Positions 1 to 11,366 of a stretch of DNA of 64,000 nt are shown piece after piece; the stretch's first letter is position 1, and every line of letters starts with the position of its first letter. A program made the position numbers and the translations under genes. Source of the stretch: Asterias rubens (lineage: Eukaryota); NCBI RefSeq assembly GCF_902459465.1, contig NC_047068.1, forward strand, positions 5,270,001 to 5,334,000. Direction: 5' to 3'. The notes under the pieces are model-generated. The model had not been told where the DNA came from, searched no databases, and saw only the letters and a list, made by a program, of their open reading frames with translations.

Positions 1-738
1 TTGAATAAACTAACCGGCTCCAAAGAGCCATCACCTCATGTTTTCAAGAAGAGACAATTACAATGGTGTATCAGGCAAGAGTAAATGTATTTCATACTAA
101 TAATCAATTTATGGTACAGTACGAGTATAAGTATTATATGTTCATGTTTAAGATACTTTCTCAGATCTGCAAGCTAACAAATAAATTACATATGGACAAA
201 GAGCCATGATACACTCAATTTCTCTAAAGCGACTTGTGTGAAAACTTGCTACCCGACCCTTCACAAGTAACCATAACGAAACCTGAAAGTTCAAAGTTAA
301 AGCCATTATACACTTTCGGAACAGAAAACCCCCCAAAAAGTTCACAGATTTACAAATAACTTACCGGGTTTAAAGAAGGTAATGGTAAAAGACTTCTCTT
401 GAAATATTATGACATGAAATGCTTTACTTTTTGATAAAAAATTGAAACAATTATCAATTCTCGACGTCGAGAATTACGGATTTATAGTAAACACAATCCC
501 CATGACATGACACGGCGAAACGTGCAAAAACAAGAGTGGGTTTCCCGTTATTTTCTCCCGACTCCGATGACCGATTGAGCCAAAATTTTCACAGGTTTGT
601 TATTTTATATATAAGTTGTGATACACGAAGTGTGGGCCTTTGGACAAAACTGTTTACCGAAAGTGTCCAATGGCTTTAACCCTAACCAATTCAGAACCTT
701 AAAAATTATCCCTAACCATTTTCAAAATAAATGTAAGT
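1..738 (+). mobile_element. Head of a dispersed element that hosts the 63-bp array (copy 1, interrupted by a MITE at 301-675)
   Basis: The sequence starting TTGAATAAAC.AACCGGCTC recurs at 11014 and 23564. It grades into degenerate AATTAACCCTAACC subrepeats just before the array. Element class not determined. Confidence 0.6.
301..675. mobile_element. Kolobok-like non-autonomous DNA transposon (MITE), subfamily B
   Basis: Termini AGCCATT...AATGGCT with TTAA on both sides (297-300, 676-679). The paralogous site at 11304-11307 has a single TTAA. A related copy lies at 52015-52379. TTAA TSD with RR...YY ends is the Kolobok pattern. Confidence 0.8.
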
Positions 739-3531
739 CTAATTAGCCCTAACCAACCCAAACCCGCCACAATTTACCTTGACCAACCCCGAACCAACTA
801 AATAATTAACCCTAACCAACCCAAACCCGCCACAATTTACCTTGACCAACCCCGAACCAACTAAATAATTAACCCTAACCAACCCAAACCCGCCACAATT
901 TACCGTGACCAACCCCGAACCAACTAAATAATTAACCCTAACCAACCCAAACCCGCCACAATTTACCTTGACCAACCCCGAACCAACTAAATAATTAACC
1001 CTAACCAACCCAAACCCGCCACAATTTACCTTGACCAACCCCGAACCAACTAAATAATTAACCCTAACCAACCCAAACCCGCCACAATTTACCTTGACCA
1101 ACCCCGAACCAACTAAATAATTACCCCTAACCAACCCAAACCCGCCACAATTTACCTTGACCAACCCCGAACCAACTAAATAATTAACCCTAACCAACCC
1201 AACCCCGCCACAATTTACCGTGACCAACCCCGAACCAACTAAATAATTAACCCTAACCAACCCAAACCCGCCACAATTTACCGTGACCAACCCCGAACCA
1301 ACTAAATAATTAGCCCTAACCAACCCAAACCCGCCACAATTTACCTTGACCAACCCCGAACCAACTAAATAATTAACCCTAACCAACCCAAACCCGCCAC
1401 AATTTACCTTGACCAACCCCGAACCAACTAAATAATTAACCCTAACCAACCCAAACCCGCCACAATTTACCTTGACCAACCCCGAACCAACTAAATAATT
1501 AACCCTAACCAACCTTAACCCGCCACAATTTACCTTGACCAACCCCGAACCAACTAAATAATTAACCCTAACCAACCCAAACCCGCCACAATTTACCTTG
1601 ACCAACCACGAACCAACTAAATAATTAACCCTAACCAACCCAAACCCGCCACAATTTACCTTGACCAACCCCGAACCAACTAAATAATTAACCCTAACCA
1701 ACCCAAACCCGCCATAATTTACCTTGACCAACCCCGAACCAACTAAATAATTAACCCTAACCAACCCAAACCCGCCACAATTTACCTTGACCAACCCCGA
1801 ACCAACTAAATAATTAACCCTAACCAACCCAAACCCGCCACAATTTACCTTGACCAACCCCGAACCAACTAAATAATTAACCCTAACCAACCCAAACCCG
1901 CCATAATTTACCTTGACCAACCCCGAACCAACTAAATAATTAGCCCTAACCAACCCAAACCCGCCACAATTTACCTTGACCAACCCCGAACCAACTAAAT
2001 AATTAACCCTAACCAACCCAAACCCGCCACAATTTACCTTGACCAACCCCGAACCAACTAAATAATTAACCCTAACCAACCCAAACCCGCCACAATTTAC
2101 CTTGACCAACCCCGAACCAACTAAATAATTAACCCTAACCAACCCAAACCCGCCACAATTTACCGTGACCAACCCCGAACCAACTAAATAATTAACCCTA
2201 ACCAACCCAAACCCGCCACAATTTACCGTGACCAACCCCGAACCAACTAAATAATTAGCCCTAACCAACCCAAACCCGCCACAATTTACCTTGACCAACC
2301 CCGAACCAACTAAATAATTAACCCTAACCAACCCAAACCCGCCACAATTTACCTTGACCAACCCCGAACCAACTAAATAATTAACCCTAACCACCCCAAA
2401 CCCGCCACAATTTACCTTGACCAACCCCGAACCAACTAAATAATTAACCCTAACCAACCTTAACCCGCCACAATTTACCTTGACCAACCCCGAACCAACT
2501 AAATAATTAACCCTAACCAACCCAAACCCGCCACAATTTACCTTGACCAACCACGAACCAACTAAATAATTAACCCTAACCAACCCAAACCCGCCACAAT
2601 TTACCTTGACCAACCCCGAACCAACTAAATAATTAACCCTAACCAACCCAAACCCGCCATAATTTACCTTGACCAACCCCGAACCAACTAAATAATTAAC
2701 CCTAACCAACCCAAACCCGCCACAATTTACCTTGACCAACCCCGAACCAACTAAATAATTAACCCTAACCAACCCAAACCCGCCACAATTTACCTTGACC
2801 AACCCCGAACCAACTAAATAATTAACCCTAACCAACCCAAACCCGCCATAATTTACCTTGACCAACCCCGAACCAACTAAATAATTAGCCCTAACCAACC
2901 CAAACCCGCCACAATTTACCTTGACCAACCCCGAACCAACTAAATAATTAACCCTAACCAACCCAAACCCGCCACAATTTACCTTGACCAACCCCGAACC
3001 AACTAAATAATTAACCCTAACCAACCCAAACCCGCCACAATTTACCTTGACCAACCCCGAACCAACTAAATAATTAACCCTAACCAACCCAAACCCGCCA
3101 CAATTTACCTTGACCAACCCCGAACCAACTAAATAATTAACCCTAACCAACCCAAACCCGCCACAATTTACCTTGACCAACCCCGAACCAACTAAATAAT
3201 TAGCCCTAACCAACCCAAACCCGCCACAATTTACCTTGACCAACCCCGAACCAACTAAATAATTAACCCTAACCAACCCAAACCCGCCACAATTTACCTT
3301 GACCAACCCCGAACCAACTAAATAATTAACCCTAACCAACCCAAACCCGCCACAATTTACCTTGACCAACCCCGAACCAACTAAATAATTAACCCTAACC
3401 AACCCAAACCCGCCACAATTTACCTTGACCAACCCCGAACCAACTAAATAATTAACCCTAACCAACCCAAACCCGCCACAATTTACCTTGACCAACCCCG
3501 AACCAACTAAATAATTAACCCTAACCAACCC
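739..3531. repeat. 63-bp minisatellite array 1 (about 44 copies)
   Basis: Monomer AACCCTAACCAACCCAAACCCGCCACAATTTACCTTGACCAACCCCGAACCAACTAAATAATT, near-identical copies, no indels seen; the 21-aa periodicity of the minus-strand ORF confirms the period. Confidence 0.98.
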
Positions 3532-3962
3532 CAAACATGCTCAAACTACCCCCACACCCCGACCCTTCCAAAATTAACCCTAACCTACGCCGACTCTCCA
3601 ACATTAACTGACTGACTCATGAAAGGAATATTGTTTCTAAAGTATCATTTTGTGATTCAACAAAAATAGACTCCACCTGTTTGGGCAAACCTGATGGAAC
3701 CGACTCGACCAGAAAGACTCTGCTAGGGTCGAAACATGAGCCCATGTACTATCTTTTGTATATTAATCTCCTGAATTTCAAAAATCTCTCTTCTTTTTTA
3801 GCCAAATGCCGTATTTTGGGGGAAATTTCTAGAAAATACAACAAATGCATCCCAATGTACTCCATACAAACCAGATTTATTTCCTTATATACACAATGAA
3901 GATTATTTGATCCTATACGGTAAAAGATAATTGAATACGATGAAACCACAAATCCAAACACG

Positions 3963-3985
3963 TGACGTCATTGGTTAGTTTGCAT
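3963..3985 (+). promoter_or_regulatory. Putative proximal promoter motifs of lectin copy 1 (CRE, reverse CCAAT, octamer-like)
   Basis: TGACGTCA at 3963-3970, ATTGG at 3970-3974 and GTTTGCAT at 3978-3985, about 190 bp upstream of the ATG. Confidence 0.4.
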
Positions 3986-4164
3986 TTTCATATTTTTCTT
4001 GACTTTTTATTGATTGCATTGTTAAGATTGGAAAGCTCGTGTGCCATTTTCTTTAGTGTTGGTTTAGATCGTTTTATAATTCCATTCTCGTGAAGGTTAT
4101 AATTTTTGCTTGGTGTCTATTTTTGTTTAAACTGGAAGTAGTGTTGTCAGGAGTTGATGTCGTG

Positions 4165-4474
4165 ATGATGGCGAGCAAACTGCTGGGTGTTGTTGGTATA
4201 TTTATAATGGCAAACTACGCTGCCGGCAATGGGCAGTGTGTGGCCTCCATCAGAGGGACACCGCGCCCGCGATGCCCTCCAACTTGGAGCCAGTGGCGAG
4301 ACAAATGCTACAAGGTGCATGACGCTGACGTTACATGGGAAGAGGGCATGCAGCAGTGTGTTGAGTTGGGTGGGGTGATGGTTGTCACTCAATCTAAAGA
4401 AGAGTTACAACACCTTCTCAAGATGTGCAGCTGCGATAGGTACTGGATTGGTTGCAACGACATTCAAACTGAAG
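4165..4474 (+). CDS. Secreted C-type lectin, exon 1 (signal peptide plus N-terminal half of the CTLD)
   Basis: Hydrophobic leader MMASKLLGVVGIFIMANYAAG, then CPPTW..WRDKCY, TWEEG..QCVELGG and YWIG motifs. Phase-1 donor GAAG|GTGTGT at 4474/4475. Confidence 0.9.
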
Positions 4475-5163
4475 GTGTGTACATTTAAAGAAACTTATAA
4501 TTCGTTTTATTTTACAACAAATCGCCAACACCAGGGTGAGGGCAACGGCAATGTTTGTTAGAGACTCTCGAAATGATTTTAAGTTGTCAAAACGGTCCTC
4601 GAAGCGTTTGCACGAAGGGTTCATGAAAACTAAAAATAAATAATAAATTGCTAAAGCTAAAACAAAATTATAGACAAAATCATTTCGCTAGAAATCATTT
4701 CGACAGCTCAGAATGTTTGATTTTTGACGGTGAAAATGAAATATCGCGAGAGCTCGACATAAATTGCAACAAAAGCTCGAGAAAAAATGTGATATTTCGC
4801 TCTCGATTATTGGTTTATTTCGAGCACACACAAAAAATCATTCTAAACACCGAACTGATTGATTGTTTTCATCTCCGTTTCAATGCTCTTTAATTACACA
4901 CAATGAAGCTATCGGACTTTTTGTACCTGTCCGTAAACAAATTTGGTTTACTCGGCAAAATAAATTGTACACATTATGAAACAATTTTTTTATTAAGTTC
5001 CACTAATTTAACTTAGCCTATTGTGTAAGTAATCATTACAAACAACAAAACACAATAATGTTAACTTCGTTTAAATTGATCTTTCAGTACCAACCCACTC
5101 CCAAAATGTAAATAATTATTATATATGCCTAATGAGGCTTGTTTTCTGATTGACTTGTTTCAG

Positions 5164-5381
5164 GTACCTGGGTGTGTTTGGGTGAAGGTACTATTGGCGT
5201 AGATGACAAGAGATGGTATGTAACTCAACCAAATAACCAATTCGGTGACCAATCTTGCGTCGAAGTCTTTGTTTATCCACGAGGCGGCACTTCAGCAGGC
5301 TGGCATGATAGGGAATGTCATCTCCCTCGCAAGTTAATCTGCCAGCGCCCAACAGTATCCTCGGCAATGCTGCACATGTAA
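5164..5381 (+). CDS. Secreted C-type lectin, exon 2
   Basis: Acceptor TTGTTTCAG|GT. The joined CDS is 310+218=528 nt (175 aa) and reads TEGTWVC...QPNN...DQSCV...WHDREC...LIC, the canonical CTLD C-terminal half. Confidence 0.9.
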
Positions 5382-5831
5382 AGAGTGGCTCAACATTCTG
5401 CGCAGACTACTTTTAATGAAGATTAAAGAAAATGTATGGAATCATCCTTCTTGATATTTCAAGCAAATTTTTTGAAGTTCAGTTTCTCTCAAAATATAAT
5501 ATTCCACATTCAATTCTGAAAGTGGAGCAATTGGCCGTTTTGCTATAAAGTTCACTGTGCAGTAAGCCTACAAAAGTTAGATTATGGTTTTAATGATTGT
5601 TAACCTTATTGTTAATAAATTCACAATACCATGCATCGGCAAAAAATGATATGAAGTCATTGTTTCAACAAAAAGGCAGTTTTTAGTTTGGAACAAGGTC
5701 CTTGTGTTTTCCTTTTCTTGAATCGGAAACTTATTCATTTCAAAGTATAAAAGTTTGCTTTGGGAAGCTCAATTCTTGTCTAGTACGTTTTCGGGAAACT
5801 CTTTCATCTTTCATGAAATTTATTGTTTTAA

Positions 5832-6219
5832 AGGCACTGGACACTATTGGTAATTACTCAAAATAATTGTTAGCACAAAAACTTACTTGGTAACATGCAA
5901 TGGAGAGCTGTTGATAGTATAAAACATTGTGAGAAATGGCTCCCTCTGAATTTACGTAATATATGAGAAAAAAAGTAATTTTCCACTATATTTGAATTTG
6001 ACTTCGAGACCTCAGAATTAGATTTTGAGGTCCCGAAATCAAGCATCTGAAAGCACAAAAGTTCGTGTGACAAGGGTATTTTTCTTCCATTATTATCTCG
6101 CAACTTCGACGACCAATTGAATTCAAATTTTGACAGGTTTGTTATTTTATGCATATGTTGAGACACACCAAGTTAGAAGACTGGTCCTTGGCAATTAATA
6201 CCAAAGGTGTCCAGTGGCT
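5832..6219. mobile_element. Kolobok-like MITE, subfamily A
   Basis: TTAA|AGGCACTGGACAC ... GTGTCCAGTGGCT|TTAA; the internal sequence is shared with many other copies in the window. Confidence 0.8.
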
Positions 6220-7107
6220 TTAAAGGAATTTTATCACGTCCTAAAAATATAGAAATAAATCTCAAAGATGTAACATGCATTCCATGTGTGCCGTCCACTG
6301 AAAACTCGGCTTTGCTTGATAAGATCTGTGAGCTTTTAATTTACGATTGTTTTTATTATGTTTCAAATAATGAAGTATAATGTTGGTTTCAAAAGGGGCT
6401 GCTATTTTGACAAAAGGTGATCTCTTTGGTTTGTTCAATGGTGACGTTGTCTAATTTATTCAGAGTAGTGGGTTATTGGATGGATTGGTATTGCCCCCGC
6501 GTGGGTATCTGTTTTGCGAATCGGTTAAAAGCTTAATAGGGCAGCCGTAATGGTACATTATTTTTACCGGGTTATTTGCAAGTTTTAGTTTAAACATTTT
6601 TGTGGCGATATGCGTAGCGGCATTGCAATTAACATTAGTAGTTGAGTATTATTAAACTTTATTTTCGCAATATTTTTGAAACAAAAATATTAATTAAGTT
6701 GAAAACCCAAACCAGGAATATTTTATAAATACAAGGCAAAATCTACTAATTTCTCGCAAACAATAGTGCAACTCAAAGAATTGCCTCTGTGGCCCAGCAC
6801 TATGTTGGTCCTAACAACTAATAACAGACACATTGTTGACGGCTTTGTCTAGGCAGATATCACTGAAATCATAATATCTCAGTTGCGTTTTAGAGGGTTT
6901 TAAACTTTCTGAATGTCGCTTTTATTGACCCCAACCAACTGCACGAATTCTTGGAATTGCCCAATAATAATGTTTGGTCGTACGATTTCGCTTTGTAATT
7001 ATATTGCCTTTGATTTATATTTGAACTATAAACTATTCAAAATATGTAAGTTTAGATAATCTACAAACATTGTATATAATTATGTGAACAGGGTTGAAAA
7101 TATATAT

Positions 7108-7925
7108 AACAACCCCAATCATAGTGTCACTGATGTTGAACTTCTGGTGATTGAAGCTTGCAATGGTGATGACACACACCGCAAGAGTAGAGAATCACAC
7201 TGGATTCACCAACTCAAGACAGTCAAACCCTTTGGACTTAATAAACACTTCAACAGCCCCAATCATAGTGTCACTGATGTTGAACTTCTGGTGATTGAAG
7301 CTTGCAATGGTGATGACACACACCGCAAGAGTAGAGAATCACACTGGATCCACCAACTCAAGACAGTCAAACCCTTTGGATTCAACATAAACACTGGTGT
7401 TAAATAACTTCTCATTACCCTCCACTTCACTTCTGCCTAAGAACTTATATGTTGTATATATTTTGTACATAAAGTATAAATTAATCCAGTTTAAAGTTGT
7501 TTTTATAAATTTATCACTGTAACTATCTGATGTAAGTAACCCCCCCCCCTTTTTTTCCACAGGTCCCTCATACCTATTTTTAAAACCATCATACCTTTGA
7601 TCTTGCTATTCTTATTAATTGACCATTGTTAGTTGCATCATGGTGCAACTTGCTCTCTAATCCTACCCTTTCATGTCTCCCTGCATTGTTGTCGAACAAT
7701 ACATTTACCACTTTTATGGTCCAGTAACCCATCCTTTCATTCTAAACATCCTTTGTCCTCGCCACTTCACTCCTATTGGTTCATAGCCACCAATATTGTC
7801 TCTGAAATAGAAACTTTGATTGGTTGTTATTTTCCCGCTTCTTTCTGGATCCTTTCCTTAATCCCTTTCCCCCTCTCTTTTTCTATAAATGGATATGTAT
7901 TTGCCTCTGAAGAAGGTCCGGATTG
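7108..7925 (+). mobile_element. Penelope-like element 3' end: GIY-YIG endonuclease C-terminus (144-bp duplication) and 3' non-coding region
   Basis: HFNSPNHS...LVIE...RKSRESHWIHQLKTVKPFGLN is typical of the PLE GIY-YIG C-terminus. The region ends at a truncated hammerhead-like start, CTGAAGAAGGTCC, near 7907. Confidence 0.8.
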
Positions 7926-8039
7926 TTCTTAGCTCTCTACTACCGTTTTGAATTTGTGGGTCATTTGAGTTTCTCACCCATCTCTATTTCCTACCAGTGT
8001 CTGTGCCAGACATGTGGATTCTACTGAGCTTGTTGTTGT

Positions 8040-9585
8040 GTGAATTGGATTCTCCTAAAAAGTGATTTTTTCATGATGATTTTTCTGTCCTATGTGTGGT
8101 TTCTACTAAACTTGTACCTGTGCACATATGCTCCATTGAGCTTGGATTATCATCCTTCCAGTCTTATGCAAATGACTGAATCAATACCTTGGGCCAGTCA
8201 AAACCCCAAGATGAATGGAACTGTTCTGCACCAGCAGTCAACCTCAACACAGGCACCACCATGTACCTTGTACTACAGTAGGGCTGAGTTGTTTCGCCTT
8301 GCCCCTGTGTCTAACAAATGGAGGATTCCCAGCGAAACTTATTCCACCATGAAAGACCTGGGCATCTTTCGTTATAGAGGTCGGCGTGCTGGATCCAAAA
8401 TGAGACGAAGATCTTCAAGTTGGAACTGTGTCACATACTCCGACTCCTCCTGCGACCTCATTCAAAGGCCTATACCTCTTCAAACTAGTAAACCTCGCTC
8501 AGTCATAAGAATACCACGTACCCAGGTAAATAATATGCTTACCGGTAATTGCTCTAACCTTAGACCTATACCACGCTCACCCCCACTCCACAACATAACT
8601 GTTCACCTGTGGAATGCAAACTCCATACGGAACAAGACAGTTACTCTCTTAGATCATGTTTTGTCTTATGATGTGGATAATATGGTAATTGTTGAAACCA
8701 AGCTACTTGATGATGATGCTGTAGTCATTGGTGAATTTACCCCTCCTGGTTACGAGTTTTTCAACTACCCTCGTAGAAGCACTACCTATGGTGGAGGCGT
8801 TGGAATCCTTTCTAAAAAGTCCTTGAACTTGAGCCCCCTACCAACTGACATTAATTCTGTTACTTTTGAGCACTGTGTTGTCATCCTAAAAAATCAAATC
8901 CAAGTTGTTGCTCTATATAGGCCACCACCATCACGGGTCAACAAATTCAAGACCTCTGAATTTCTAGAAGAGTTTGAGACATTCTTGGATAAGATATGTG
9001 ACACACCACATAAATCTATCTTACTTGGTGATTTTAATCTGCATTTGGACAAGCCTGAAAAATGGGACACTAGTAAGTTCTGTATTGCTCTTGAGAACTT
9101 TGGTTTTAACCAACATGTTAAGGATCCCACGCATACGAAAGGTCACATCCTTGATCTTGTGATATCTGGTGCTGGTGACAACCTTGTTTATAATGTTGAA
9201 GTTGACCCTGTAACCCATACAATAGCGGGATCACTTGATCACCATTACTTGATAAAGTGCTCTCTTAATTGTGAAAAACCTAACCACCTCAAGATCAGTA
9301 AGACCTACCGTGAATATGGCAAAATGGACCACAACTGTTTCCGTGAACTGCTAAGTGAAAAGGTTGACTCCATTCCTGATAGCGCCGATCCAAAAGTTCT
9401 CGTTCAGTCATTCATCAGCATAACATCTGCTACTCTCAACGACGTGTGTCCTTTGATCACCAAAACCACTACTGTCAGGCATAGACTCCCGTGGTACAAT
9501 GACACTATCCATGGTGCGAGACGTGAACGGCGCAGATTGGAACGTAAATGGAAAAAAAGTCGGTCACAAGAGGACGAACAACTTA
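8040..9585 (+). mobile_element. CR1/L2-type non-LTR retrotransposon ORF2 fragment (APE endonuclease, RT missing)
   Basis: APE motifs WNANSIRNK, IVETKL, GGGVGIL, ALYRPP, LLGDFNLH, PTHTKGHILDLVI and SLDHH, then the linker PWYND...RRRLERKWKK. The reading frame is uninterrupted and cut before the RT. True start uncertain. Confidence 0.9.
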
Positions 9586-11013
9586 CCGTTACATGTCACA
9601 TCTTGATAACTACCGTTTTTATCGTTTGTCCCGTATCATTCCCAAAGGCCTACAGATCAAGTGTATCCCTTCCTTTGGGGATCTTGACCCATCCTTTTTG
9701 AAGAAATGGAACAAGACACTCACTAATACGTCTTTCCGTTTGATCAAGTTGCTGGAAAATCAATGCCAACAATTCATTGATAACCAGTTGCTTGAGATAA
9801 CAGACACTGAGTCTCAACTCCAGGAGTCATGCTCTATTGAAGAGTTTGAACAGTTACAAGATACCATACTATGTAACGTCAAACACTTAATGTCCACCCT
9901 AATGGACACACAGAACAAGAAACGTATGAATGTCCAGGCTAACCACAAGAAACACACCCATAGACGTTTCCACAGTAAGAGAGCCACCATTACCCCTCCT
10001 ACTGTTAGGTCGCCAGAGACCAATACTGTAGTTAACCTGTCTGACATGGTCCTTACTGATCCACAGGTTAAACTCCTCTCAAGGGGTCTTAAGTTTTGCC
10101 CCACACCCAGAGAACCTAACCAACTTCTTTTCCAACAGCACGTGGAGATTTATTGATGATATTTTCTCCATCTGGTGTGGTGACCAAGACAGCTTGGATG
10201 AGTTTATTGACCATATCAACTCATTTCACCCCACCATAAAGTTCACTACCGAACAATCTCTCACCAGTGTGAACTTTCTAGATGTGACAATAACCAAGTC
10301 TCCTAATGGCCTTGTCACAGATGTTTACAGTAAACCCACCGACACCCACCAGTACCTTCTCTCCAATAGCTGTCACCCTGGTCACTGTAAGAAGGCAATT
10401 GCTTACAGTCAGGCCTTACGTATCAGGCGTATCTGTTCCACAGATACCCTGTACAAGAGGCGCTCATCAGAGCTAAGGAAACACCTTGTATCTAGGGGAC
10501 ATAGCGAACGTAGGGTCCAACTTGCTATCAACAGGGCTCTCAACGTACCTCGTCATACTCTGTTGAATAACACGGGAGCTAATAAAGCTCCTAACAATAG
10601 AGTTGCTTTGGTCACTACCTTCCACCCCAAACTACCCAAACTTCCCTCAATTCTCAATAATAAAATGCCTATATACTTCACTCCTCCAGCAGGTTACACT
10701 CAGCCATCCCTGAGGTTCCCATGGTTGCATTCCGCCGCCCCAAGAACCTTGGTGACATACTAGTCAGGGCCAAACTTCCCCCAGGTACAGTCCAAACACA
10801 ACCCCGACAGATATACTGGGCTGTCACAAATGTACCCGTTCCAAATGCAAAACGTGTCTGCACATTAAGCCCTCACTTAAGGTGAAGAGTCATACCACTG
10901 GCTCTTCATACAACATCAAGACCGACTCTGAATGCAGCACGTCTAATGTAGTCTATGTCATATCATGTAAGAGATGTGGGCTACAATATGTGGGAGAGAC
11001 TAAAGACCAAACA
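9586..11013 (+). mobile_element. Penelope-like retroelement (Neptune-like), internally deleted and frameshifted RT plus GIY-YIG N-terminus
   Basis: IIPKGL and VVNLSD..LT...LLSRGLKFCPTP N-terminal motifs. A jump to RFIDDIF...INSFHPTIKFT...FLDV...KPTD...SCHP...KKAIAYSQALRIRRICS indicates the early RT domains are deleted. The fragment ends at VVYVISCKRCGLQYVGETK. Confidence 0.9.
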
Positions 11014-11366
11014 TTGAATAAACCAACCGGCTCTCAAAGAGACATCACCTCATGTTTTCACGAAGAGACAATTACAATGGTGTATCAGGCAAGACTAAAT
11101 GTATTTATTAGTAATAATTAATTGATGTAAAAGTATGAGTGTGATGTTCATGTTTTAAGATACTTTCTCAGCACTGCAAGCTAACAAATAAATTACATAT
11201 GCACAAAGAGCCATGTTACACTGAATTTCTCTAAAACGATTTGTGTGAAAACTTGCTACCCGACCCTATACAATGAACCCTAACGAAACCTGAAAGTTCA
11301 AAGTTAACCCTAACCAATTCAGAACCTTCAAAATTATCCCTAACCATTTTCAAAATAAATGTAAGT
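11014..11366 (+). mobile_element. Head of the array-hosting element, copy 2 (no MITE insertion)
   Basis: Aligns with 1-300 plus 680-738; truncates the PLE endonuclease frame. Confidence 0.65.

Noticed and set aside
739-3531. CRISPR-like or true telomeric array
   Set aside because: There are no unique spacers and no cas genes, and the context is eukaryotic. The array is not (TTAGGG)n; there is only one telomere-like motif per 63 bp.
7905-7925. Hammerhead at the PLE 3' region (CTGAAGAAGGTCC)
   Set aside because: The GAAA half of the core and the stem II partner are missing, so it is a truncated relic only.
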